Shown here one piece after another: positions 1 through 8,500 of a DNA stretch of 24,000 bases (positions are counted from its first letter, which is position 1; each line of letters starts with the position of its first letter). The notes under the pieces are model-generated. The model did not search any database and was not told the origin of the DNA. It was given only the letters and a program-made list of their open reading frames with translations. Position numbers and translations under genes: made by a program. Source of the stretch: Curtobacterium phage Pippin15; sequence record PQ868951.1; one strand, 5' to 3'.

Positions 1-2
1 AC

Positions 3-638
3 ATGATCACCAAGGAAATCACCTACACGAACGTCCTCGGCAACGAGGTCACGAAGAAGTTCTACTTCGCTCTCACCAAGGTGGAGGCTCTCCGCCTCGA
101 GGCCGACTGGGCGCGCTGGGGCGGCGTCGAGGGGCGCTGGGATATCCTCAGCAGCGGTGACGACCCGAAGTTCATCATGGAGTCCCTCGAGGAGCTCATC
201 CTGCGTTCGTACGGCGAGCGTATCGGCGACGATCTCGAGAAGAGCCAGTCGCTGATCGATCGCTTCAAGTCCTCCGAGGCGTACTCGGAGCTGTTCATGA
301 ACCTGCTCACGAACGACGACCCCGAGTGGGATGCGAACGTGTTCATGCGGGAAATCCTCCCCAGGAACGTCGACCTGAAGAACCCGGCCAAGACCGAGAG
401 CGAGCTCGCTCGTGAGCAGTCCGAGGCACGCATGCAGGGTCACCAGAAGAAGCAGAAGCCGGCTTCGGACGAAGCGGAGGTGGTTATCCCCATCCGTGAG
501 GTCCCGGACGAGGAGCCGGATCACGAGGGCATCGAGCGCGCACGCCTCTACGAGGAGTTCCTCGCCAAGAAGGCGGCTGAGAAGGCCGCCCAGGAGGACC
601 CGGAGTTCGCCGAGTACCTCCGCCAGCAGGGCCAGTAA
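3..638 (+). CDS. Tail assembly chaperone-like protein (or related phage family)
   Basis: ATG ORF of 211 aa. Central pattern ITYTN..GNEVTKKFYFALTK...LILRSYGERI...SSEAYSELFMNLLTND...F.REILPRN resembles a widespread siphophage family annotated as tail assembly chaperone. Confidence 0.5.
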   Translation: MITKEITYTNVLGNEVTKKFYFALTKVEALRLEADWARWGGVEGRWDILSSGDDPKFIMESLEELILRSYGERIGDDLEKSQSLIDRFKSSEAYSELFMNLLTNDDPEWDANVFMREILPRNVDLKNPAKTESELAREQSEARMQGHQKKQKPASDEAEVVIPIREVPDEEPDHEGIERARLYEEFLAKKAAEKAAQEDPEFAEYLRQQGQ

Positions 639-793
639 CACATAGCGGGCACGGGGATATCCGGGGCTTTAGGGAGCCGGACGGTTATCTTAAACGACAG
701 CCATCAAAATGCCGCCCACCCGCTCGCAAGAATCACACACCCTATAGTAGAACCCACACGGGTTTGCATTTTCTCTTGAAAGGAGAAGCCATC

Positions 794-913
794 ATGGCAA
801 AAAGCAAGAGCAACCACGTCGGTGTCGGACGGATCCTGTTCCACTTCATCCTGGGCTGCCTCACGGGCGGCATCTGGTGGATCTTCCTCGGCATCCGCTA
901 CGTCCTCCGATAG
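794..913 (+). CDS. Small membrane protein (39 aa)
   Basis: ATG preceded by AAAGGAGA; MAKSKSNHVGVGRILFHFILGCLTGGIWWIFLGIRYVLR, one hydrophobic segment. Confidence 0.65.
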   Translation: MAKSKSNHVGVGRILFHFILGCLTGGIWWIFLGIRYVLR

Positions 914-921
914 GAGTCATC

Positions 922-1110
922 ATGGCCAATGGCCGCAATCGCCTGCAGGAAGTTCAGGAAGAACTCCGCGCAGCCCGTCTTATCCGGGAAACCACCGACC
1001 GCGACGATGCGGACGAAATGGTGGCCTACTGGGAGGGCGAGCTGAAGAAGGCAACCACCCCCGAGAACAACCCCGTAAGGCCAGGACGAAGGAAGACGAC
1101 TGATGGCTGA
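922..1110 (+). CDS. Hypothetical protein (62 aa)
   Basis: ATG ORF MANGRNRLQEVQEELRAARLIRETTDRDDADEMVAYWEGELKK...; overlaps next start; AGGAG upstream. Confidence 0.6.
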   Translation: MANGRNRLQEVQEELRAARLIRETTDRDDADEMVAYWEGELKKATTPENNPVRPGRRKTTDG

Positions 1111-1771
1111 AGTCCCCAACTACGCTGGTAACAGCAAGAAGTCGCAGGAGGGTCCGCCGAAGGCCGTCCCCGCGATCACGTCACTCCCCGACGAGAACAC
1201 GCCCAAGCTCGAGGCGGTGGTGGAGGGCAACGTCACGGTGAAGAAGCCGAGTCTCGGTAAGCGGATGCGTGAGTCCTTCGCCGGCGACGATGCACGGACC
1301 GTGGGTAACTACGTCCTGCTCGAGGTGGTCGTCCCGACGATCAAGAGCCTCATCACCGACGGTATCACGCTGGCGGTCGAACGCGCGCTGTACGGTGACA
1401 CGGGTCGCTCCCGTCGATCGGGCGGCAACGGACGTCAGCAGTACACGGACTACGCGAGCAGGAGCTCCGTTCGCGTGGGTCGATCGGATCCCATGGAGCG
1501 ATCCAACACTGCTCGGCAGTCGGAGAGCTACCAGGACCTCGTCTTCGAGTCCCGTGCTGAGGCCGAGATGGTGATCGATCGCATGCGTGAGCAGATGCAG
1601 GAATATGGTGTCGTCACCGTAGCGAACCTGTACGAGCTCGCCGGCGTCACCGCGATGTCCCGCTTCACCGACGTCCAGTTCGGCTGGGTCGACATGCGAG
1701 GCGTCTCGCCGCGTGGCACACCAACCCGTGGTTACATCATCGATCTGCCGCGACCGGTCCGTGTCGACTGA
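1103..1771 (+). CDS. Conserved phage protein of unknown function (222 aa)
   Basis: ORF with FAGDDARTVGNYVLLEVVVPTIKSLITDGITLAVERALYG...SRAEAEMVIDRMREQMQEYGVVTVANLYELAG...GYIIDLPRP, a pattern typical of a recurrent uncharacterised phage family. Confidence 0.75.
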   Translation: MAEVPNYAGNSKKSQEGPPKAVPAITSLPDENTPKLEAVVEGNVTVKKPSLGKRMRESFAGDDARTVGNYVLLEVVVPTIKSLITDGITLAVERALYGDTGRSRRSGGNGRQQYTDYASRSSVRVGRSDPMERSNTARQSESYQDLVFESRAEAEMVIDRMREQMQEYGVVTVANLYELAGVTAMSRFTDVQFGWVDMRGVSPRGTPTRGYIIDLPRPVRVD

Positions 1772-1826
1772 CAATTGCAAGCCGGGATGCTCGTGCAACT
1801 GGTCAACTCCTCATCCCAATGAGCGG

Positions 1827-2264
1827 ATGCGAGAGATGATTCGGCTGCTTCAGCACTCCGCCCGATATTTCGATCAGACCGATGGCCGTGGCGCCATTAC
1901 CGGTCAGCAGCATGCCCTTCGGTGTGGTGCTCTCGGTCGGGATCTCGGCAAGCACAAGGATATGGCCTTCATCGGACTCATCCACGATCTCGCACGACCG
2001 CTCAACGATGTTCACCACGGTGAGATCATGGCGGAAATCGTGCGAGATCGTGTGTCCGAGGAGACCTACCAGATCCTTCGAACCCACGGTGCTTACCAGC
2101 ACGCAATCGTGCATGAGCACCCATTTCCTGACGAACCTTGGAGTGAGCACAGCAAGCAACTCGCTGGCTTCGAGCTTCGTTCATTTTCTGAGGACTACAC
2201 CGGTCCGACGATGACCATCCCCGAGGCCATTGGTCTCATGAAGGCATATCTAGGGAACGACTGA
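1827..2264 (+). CDS. HD-domain phosphohydrolase-like protein
   Basis: ORF from first in-frame ATG; QHALRCGALGRDLGKHKDMAFIGLIHDLARPLNDVHHGEIMAE...ILRTHGAYQHA matches an HD-domain H...HD pattern. Start uncertain. Confidence 0.6.
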   Translation: MREMIRLLQHSARYFDQTDGRGAITGQQHALRCGALGRDLGKHKDMAFIGLIHDLARPLNDVHHGEIMAEIVRDRVSEETYQILRTHGAYQHAIVHEHPFPDEPWSEHSKQLAGFELRSFSEDYTGPTMTIPEAIGLMKAYLGND

Positions 2265-2413
2265 TGTCACCTGAACAGATGCGGGCAGCTCTCATCAAGG
2301 GCTCCGCCCCTTCCTGGCAGCGCCGTGTCGAAGGCATGCCGGACAAGCAAGTAGCAGCCATCTACCAGCGCAAACTCGACGCTGGAGAATTCAACAAGGA
2401 GAAAAACCGATGA
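2264..2413 (+). CDS. Small hypothetical protein (49 aa)
   Basis: ATG overlaps preceding TGA (TGATG arrangement); stop overlaps next ATG (ATGA). Confidence 0.6.
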   Translation: MSPEQMRAALIKGSAPSWQRRVEGMPDKQVAAIYQRKLDAGEFNKEKNR

Positions 2414-3330
2414 CCAGCATCACCCGAGTGTCCGCACAGAGCGGGCAGTTCATCAAGACCCACACCCCGGAGATCCTCGCGGTCGTCGGTGTCGGTGGTG
2501 TCATCACGGCCGGTGTCCTCGCCGCTCGTGCCACCCTCAAGCTCGAAGGCGTGATCGCCAAGCTTGAGGAGCGTCGTCAGGTGATCCACGAGGACCTCGC
2601 TGACGAGAAGATCGACGACAAGGAAGCCAAGAAGCTCCTCTTCGCTGCTCAGCGTGACTTCGTCTTCGACCTCATCAAGATCTACGGCGTTCCGGCAACC
2701 CTGGGTGCGGCCGGCATCGGCGCGCTCCTCGGTGGTCAGGGCGTCCTGAAGAAGCGGAACGTGGCCCTCGTGGGTGCGTACTCCTCGCTGGACCAGGTCT
2801 ACCGCGAGTACCGCAAGCGCGTCGTCGAGGCCGTCGGTGCGGAGCGTGAGGCGGAGATCCGTCTGACCCCGGTCGACGCCACGGAGGAGTACGAGGGGTC
2901 GTCGGAGACCAAGGGCCGCGCGCAGCTGTCCGAGGAGCAGGAGGCAGCTCGTGCCCTGGGTGCTTCCGAGTACGCGGTCTTCTTCGACAAGCACACCTCG
3001 CCCTACTGGTCGCCGAACCCGGACACGACGATGGCAACGCTGCGTTCCCAGGAGCGCTACGCCAACGACCGTCTGATCTCGCGCGGCTACCTCTTCCTGA
3101 ACGAGGTCTACGAGGCACTCGGTCTGGAGAAGACGAAGGCCGGCCAGTTCGTCGGCTGGTACTACACGGACTCGAAGATCGCCGAGGGTGACAACTTCGT
3201 CGACTTCGGCCTCGACAACTTCGACAACGTCCGTCGTGGTGCTTCCCTGTTCGACGAGGAGGGTCACGTCCTGCTCGACTTCAACGTCGATGGTGTGATC
3301 CTCGACAAGGCCTTCGGGAAGGGCAAGTGA
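2410..3330 (+). CDS. Phage membrane-associated protein, possibly DUF6353-like (306 aa)
   Basis: AAGGAG RBS; hydrophobic segments EILAVVGVGGVITAGVLAARATLKLE and IYGVPATLGAAGIGALLGG; downstream REYRKRVVEAVG region. Confidence 0.7.
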   Translation: MTSITRVSAQSGQFIKTHTPEILAVVGVGGVITAGVLAARATLKLEGVIAKLEERRQVIHEDLADEKIDDKEAKKLLFAAQRDFVFDLIKIYGVPATLGAAGIGALLGGQGVLKKRNVALVGAYSSLDQVYREYRKRVVEAVGAEREAEIRLTPVDATEEYEGSSETKGRAQLSEEQEAARALGASEYAVFFDKHTSPYWSPNPDTTMATLRSQERYANDRLISRGYLFLNEVYEALGLEKTKAGQFVGWYYTDSKIAEGDNFVDFGLDNFDNVRRGASLFDEEGHVLLDFNVDGVILDKAFGKGK

Positions 3331-3521
3331 CGGCCAAGAGCCGTCGCCGGAAGGCCGCCAAGCGGGTAAGGAGGCTTGGCGGCCAGGAGAACGAGACGTT
3401 CTCGTTCTATCACAGGTCTCGCATCGTGGAAGTGGTCGCTCCGGATGTGCATGAGGCGAAAACCCATTTTCAGGCAACCTACGGGTACTGGCCTGAAACA
3501 GTACAGGAGCGACTGAAGTAA
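3327..3521 (+). CDS. Hypothetical basic protein (64 aa)
   Basis: ORF coupled to both neighbours by 4-bp and 1-bp overlaps. Confidence 0.6.
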   Translation: MTAKSRRRKAAKRVRRLGGQENETFSFYHRSRIVEVVAPDVHEAKTHFQATYGYWPETVQERLK

Positions 3522-3769
3522 TGAAGAAGATCATCGTGTTCACCAAGCCCGCCTGCGTCCAGTGCAACGCCACGTACCGCAAGCTGGACTCCCTCAAGAT
3601 CCCCTACGAGACGATCGATGTGTCCGTCGACGACGCGGCACTCGAGAAGATCAAGGGGCTCGGATATCTGCAGGCACCCGTGGTGCTTGTGGACGAGGGT
3701 GGTGAGGACGAACACCACTGGTCGGGATATCGTCCCGATCTCATCGAGCCGCTGAAGGTGGCTGCGTAA
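3521..3769 (+). CDS. nrdH: NrdH/glutaredoxin-like thiol-redox protein
   Basis: MKKIIVFTKPACVQCNATYRKLDSLKIPYETIDVS...GYLQAPVVLVDEGGEDEHHWSGYRPDLI: CxxC motif plus APVV and W.GYRPD signatures. Confidence 0.9.
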   Translation: MKKIIVFTKPACVQCNATYRKLDSLKIPYETIDVSVDDAALEKIKGLGYLQAPVVLVDEGGEDEHHWSGYRPDLIEPLKVAA

Positions 3770-3778
3770 CACCCACTG

Positions 3779-3812
3779 AGGGCCCGGTCAACTCCGATCG
3801 GGCCCTCCCTAT
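3779..3812 (+). terminator. Candidate intrinsic terminator hairpin
   Basis: GGGCCCGGTC-AACTCC-GATCGGGCCC (3781-3806), 10-bp stem with one G-U pair, then CTCCCTATTTCTC; directly downstream of nrdH. Confidence 0.65.
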
Positions 3813-3829
3813 TTCTCAGGAGAAAACCG

Positions 3830-4087
3830 ATGAACGACCCCAAGAAGCCCTCGCCCGCACTCATCGCCGAGACGTTCCGCAAGGCAGCGGAGGCCGCCGC
3901 GGCTACAGGCGAAGCACTCAAGGCCACGGCAGAGGCAGGTAAGCCCGCCAAGAAGCCGTACGTGCGACCCGAGCACCTCATGCACAAGCCGTTCCGGGAC
4001 AACCAGGCGCTGCGTGAGATGCAGGACAAGCTCCGGATCCAGGAGGGCCGGCGCAACCGCAACCCGAAGGCCAAGCGCCAGCGGTGA
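3830..4087 (+). CDS. Hypothetical protein (85 aa)
   Basis: AGGAGAAAACCGATG start; MNDPKKPSPALIAETFRKAAEAAAATGEALKATAEAGKPAKKPYVRPEHLMHKPFRDNQALREMQDKL. Confidence 0.65.
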   Translation: MNDPKKPSPALIAETFRKAAEAAAATGEALKATAEAGKPAKKPYVRPEHLMHKPFRDNQALREMQDKLRIQEGRRNRNPKAKRQR

Positions 4088-4230
4088 GCGACCGCAGCAA
4101 GAAAATCGCCCCTCTGCACGACCGGTGTGAGTCTAAGGACGGACACCACAAGTGCTACAAGAGCAAGTCCACACCACACGTACACGAGTGCATCTGCGAT
4201 CGCACTTGGGGAGAGAAGGTAGCAAAATGA
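4084..4230 (+). CDS. Small Cys/His-rich protein (48 aa), possible zinc-binding
   Basis: GTG start coupled to upstream TGA; ...PLHDRCESKDGHHKCYKSKSTPHVHECICDRTWGEKVAK. Confidence 0.55.
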   Translation: MSDRSKKIAPLHDRCESKDGHHKCYKSKSTPHVHECICDRTWGEKVAK

Positions 4231-4988
4231 GCAACAAAAGCATCGAGATCGCGATCTACAGCGGTCTTCTTACGGTCGGTGCGGCCGCTGGTTTCACCGG
4301 CGGTTATTTCTTCGCCAAGAAGAAGTTCCAGGCCATCGCCGACGAGGAGATCTTCGAGATCAAGAAGACCTACCACGAGGCGCGGATCAAGCGGGAGACC
4401 ACCCTCGAGGAGCTTCAGAAGCGGTACCACCCGGACCGTCCGAGCGACGTCGAGTCGGAGGCCAAGCCGATGGGTCCCGAGGCGCTCAAGGACGCCCTGG
4501 GATATGTCCCGGGTGAGTACGTCCCCAAGGAGAGCCGATCCTTCGTCGAGGATCCCGCGGTCACGACGGCGCGCGAAGTCCTCAACCAGGGCGATGGCTT
4601 CCCGCAGGATTCCGACGAGACCGACACCACCGAGGAAGAGGAGACCACCAACGTCTTCGACACCCAGGGTGACGACGCCGCCTTCGAGCCCACACCGGAG
4701 CGTCCATATCTCGTGACGGAGGAGGTCTACCAGAGCACCTACAACGACCGCTACGAGCGCATGACGCTGACGTACTACGCTGGCGACGAAGCTCTCTCGG
4801 ACGAGGGGCTCAACCTGGTGGACTCGATCAACGAGGTCGTCGGGGCCAAGGCGCTCACGATGTTCGGCATGCGGTCGGGCGACCCGGACATCGTCTACGT
4901 GATGAACGAGAAGTACGGCGTGCTGTACGAGATCGTCCGCGTCACGGGCAAGTACGGGGATCAGATCAACGCAACCCCTCAGGGGTAA
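4227..4988 (+). CDS. Membrane-anchored hypothetical protein (253 aa)
   Basis: ATG overlapping upstream TGA; N-terminal IAIYSGLLTVGAAAGFTGGYFFAKKK transmembrane segment. Track ORF starts upstream at 4152. Confidence 0.7.
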   Translation: MSNKSIEIAIYSGLLTVGAAAGFTGGYFFAKKKFQAIADEEIFEIKKTYHEARIKRETTLEELQKRYHPDRPSDVESEAKPMGPEALKDALGYVPGEYVPKESRSFVEDPAVTTAREVLNQGDGFPQDSDETDTTEEEETTNVFDTQGDDAAFEPTPERPYLVTEEVYQSTYNDRYERMTLTYYAGDEALSDEGLNLVDSINEVVGAKALTMFGMRSGDPDIVYVMNEKYGVLYEIVRVTGKYGDQINATPQG

Positions 4989-4991
4989 CCC

Positions 4992-5528
4992 GTGGTGACT
5001 CGGGCGATCCCTGACTACTTCACCTGGCTGGGACGTCAGGTTGGAGAACGCCACGAGGAGTATCGGAACCTGCTCTTTCGACTTCACCTGAAGCCGTTCG
5101 ACTGGTTTATTCCGCACGACGACAATCGTGGCGAAGATGCCAAGGAACTCCGAGAAGAATACACGGACACGTATCGAATCATGGGTGAGGATCTCTGGCC
5201 GGCGTCTAAGGCGTCTGTGCTGGAGGTCCTCATCCGTCTTTCGCGTCGGCTTGAGGACGACACCGAAGTCAACGCCGATCGCTGGTTCTGGAAGCTTCTC
5301 GAGAACCTTGGCTTACATCACTACACCGACACCGCGTTCAGCGCTCGAGCAGAGGCTGATACGGACGCCATCCTGGAGCATTTCCTTGATCGGGAATACG
5401 GGTATGACGGCAGCGGTGGGCTGTTCCCGCTACGGCGGCCGCAGCATGATCAACGTCAAGTCGAGATCTGGTATCAGATGCAGGCATATTTGCTGGAGAG
5501 TGACTATGTCGACAACTGGCCAAGGTAA
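4992..5528 (+). CDS. Hypothetical protein (178 aa)
   Basis: GTG ORF occupying the interval between neighbouring genes; no family recognised. Confidence 0.6.
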   Translation: MVTRAIPDYFTWLGRQVGERHEEYRNLLFRLHLKPFDWFIPHDDNRGEDAKELREEYTDTYRIMGEDLWPASKASVLEVLIRLSRRLEDDTEVNADRWFWKLLENLGLHHYTDTAFSARAEADTDAILEHFLDREYGYDGSGGLFPLRRPQHDQRQVEIWYQMQAYLLESDYVDNWPR

Positions 5529-5545
5529 GAAGGAAAGGAGGGTAG

Positions 5546-8500
5546 ATGTCACTGGACTTCCTGCAGATCCGAGAACGAGATGCAAAGAAGGGCAAGGACG
5601 ACGCTGGTAGTGGCCTCGTCGTATATCCGGACTTCAAGGTGGGTCGCATCACGGATCTGATGATTCGTGCGCACTCGTTCCTTGCGATCTGGCACGAAGC
5701 GTTGGGGCTCTGGTCCACCGACGAGTACGATGTCGCAACCCTGGTAGATCGGGAACTCTGGGCATATCGCAACCAGCGAGCCGAGGAGACCGGTCTGCCG
5801 GTGCGTGTCGAACTCATGGAGGACTTCAGTAGCGGAGCCTGGACGAACTTCCAGCGATATCTCAAGAACGTTTCGGACAACGTCCACCCTCTCGACGAGA
5901 ACTTGGTCTTCGCCAACACGGAGATCAAGAAGTCCGATTACGCATCCAAGCGGTTGCCATATTCCCTCGAGGAAGGCGACATCTCCGCTTGGGATGAGAT
6001 CGTCAGTACGCTCTACGCCCCTGAAGAGCGAGAGAAGATCGAGTGGATCATCGGAGCCATCATCAGTGGTGACTCCAAGCATATCCACAAGATGGGTGTG
6101 TTCTACGGTCCTCCGGGTACCGGCAAGAGCACGATCATCAGCATCATCCAGCACGACCTGTTCCCCGGGTACATCAACACCTTCGAGGCGAAGACGCTCA
6201 CCGGGAACAACAACGCGTTCGCTTCCGAGGTGTTCAAGTCGAACCCTCTGGTGGCGATCGAGCACGATGGCGACCTCTCGCAGATCAAGGACTACACCAA
6301 GCTCAACTCAATCGTTTCCCACGAGGTGATGCTGATCAACGAGAAGTTCAAGCCAGCCTACGAGATGGCGGTCTCGGCATTTCTTCTGGTCGGGACCAAC
6401 AAGTCGGTTCTGATCAGTGATGCCATGGCCGGTATCCTGCGTCGTCTGATCGATATCAACCCCACGGGTGACCTGCTGCCGTCGAAGCGCTACCACGCTC
6501 TGATGTCCAAGGTCGCCTTCGAGACTGGTGCGATCGCTTACCACTGCCTTCAGGAATATTTGAAGCGTGGTAAGAACTTCTACGAGGGTTACCGCCCTCT
6601 GAAGATGATGATGCAGACCGATGTGTTCTTCAACTACATCGAGTACTACTACGACGTCTTCAACAGTCAGCCCGGAGTCACCCTGGATGCCGCGTACACC
6701 ATGTACAAGGAATTCGCGACCGACACCGAGTTGAAGTACAAGATGGAGCGCCACCGGTTCCGTGAGGAACTGCGCAACTACTTCGAGAACTTCGATGAGC
6801 GCGTGGTGGTTGACGGTACTCGGGTACGGAACTGGTATTCGGGGTTCAAGATCGACAAGTTCAAGTCGCAAACGCACGTCGAGGACGAGGCTCCATATTC
6901 ACTGGTCATGGATGAGTCCGTCTCGATATTCGACGAGATGATGGCAGAGATGCCGGCCCAGTATGAGAAGGCTGATGGTAGCCCGACCACATATTGGGAT
7001 CAGGTGGACACGACACTGGAGGAACTTGACACCCGTCAGGTCCACTACGTTCGTGTGCCGGAACACCACATCGTGATCGATTTCGACCTCAAGGACGAGA
7101 ACGGGAACAAGTCTCCCGAGCTCAACCTGGCTGCTGCTAGTCAGTGGCCGGCTACATATTCGGAGTACAGCAAGAGTGGCGGTGGCATCCACCTTCACTA
7201 CAACTACGTGGGCGACGTCCACGATCTGCACCGAATCTACGCCGAGGATATCGAGGTCAAGGTATTCACGGGCAAGCTGTCGCTTCGACGCAAGCTCTCG
7301 TTCTGCAACAACGTGCCGGTGGCGACGATCAATGGCGGACTGCCGCTGAAGGAGAAAAAGAAGATGATCAACGCTACCCAAATCAAGAGCGAGGAGGGGC
7401 TGCGAGATCTCATCGGACGCCACCTCCGCAAAGAGATCATGCACGCGACGAAGCCATCCGTGGACATGATCAACAAGGTGCTGGACGAGGCATATTCGAA
7501 TGGCCTCGCCTATGACGTGAGCGATCTGCGACCACAGATCATCGCGTTCGCCAACGGCAGTACCAACCAGGCGCTCGGCGCGCTCAAGCTGGCCCTCAAC
7601 ATGAAGTACGTGGGTCAGACGGCTGATATCTCCAAGCAGGAGGACGAGTTCATCCCGGACGACTCCCGCCTGGCGATCTTCGACGTCGAGGTCTACCCGA
7701 ACCTCTTCGTGATCTGCTGGAAGTACCAGGGTGAAGACACCATCCAGCACATGATCAACCCGGCACCGCACGAGGTGGAGCAGCTGTTCCGTCTCAAGCT
7801 CGTCGGGTTCAACAACCGTCGGTACGACAACCACATCCTCTACGCCGCCAAGATGGGATATTCGAACGAGGCGCTGTACAAGCTCTCGCAGAAGATCATC
7901 AACGGTGAAGCGGGTGCTCTCTTCGGTGCGGCCTACAACCTCTCGTGGATCGATATCTACGAGATGGCCATGACGAAGATGGGTCTCAAGAAGTGGGAGG
8001 CAGAACTCGGCCTACACCACGTCGAGATGGATATTCCCTGGGATGAGCCGGCGCCCAAGGAGCTGTGGGATCGCATCGTCGCATATTGCGACAACGACGT
8101 GAACGCGACGGAAGCGGTCCTCGAGCACCTGGACGCGGACTACACGGCTCGGCTGATCCTGGCCGATATCTCGGGGCTGTCCGTCAACTCGACCACGCAG
8201 CAGCACACTGCCCGGATCATCTTCGGTGACGACCGCAACCCGCAGTCGCAGTTCGTGTACACGGACCTCAGCGAGATGTTCCCGGGCTACGAGTTCAAGC
8301 GTGGCAAGTCCACATATCGTGGTGAGGAAGTCGGTGAAGGCGGCCTCGTACGAGCAGAGCCGGGTATGCACTCGGATGTTGCTCTGTACGACGTCCAGTC
8401 GATGCACCCCAACTCGATCATCGCCCTGAACGCCTTCGGGACGAAGTACACGGCCAACTTCAAGGAGCTGGTCGACGCTCGTGTCGCCATCAAGCACGGT

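Noticed and set aside
412-645. Forward ORF MSSPRHACRVTRRSRSRL..., possible frameshift extension of the chaperone-like gene.
   Set aside because: Arg/Ser-rich shadow in an alternate frame overlapping the supported CDS; no clear slippery sequence identified.
730-760. Promoter call from CCCTATAGTAGAA before the 794 gene.
   Set aside because: A -10-like element is visible but no convincing -35 at proper spacing; evidence too weak to list.
822-1103. Forward ORF MSDGSCSTSSWAASRAASGG....
   Set aside because: Alternate-frame shadow of the small membrane gene and the 922-1110 gene; composition atypical.
2362-3597. 411-aa reverse-strand ORF (and similarly 4155-5117, 5549-6265, 6899-7834, 8012-8845, 11299-12519, 20397-20930, 21119-21826).
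   Set aside because: Antisense to well-supported + strand genes; low-complexity or V/L/D/R-rich shadow translations from high-GC third positions, no recognisable motifs, and all neighbouring genes run forward.
3521-3769. Part of a ribonucleotide reductase operon.
   Set aside because: Only the NrdH-like gene is present here; no nrdE/nrdF or nrdI-like gene is recognisable in the window.
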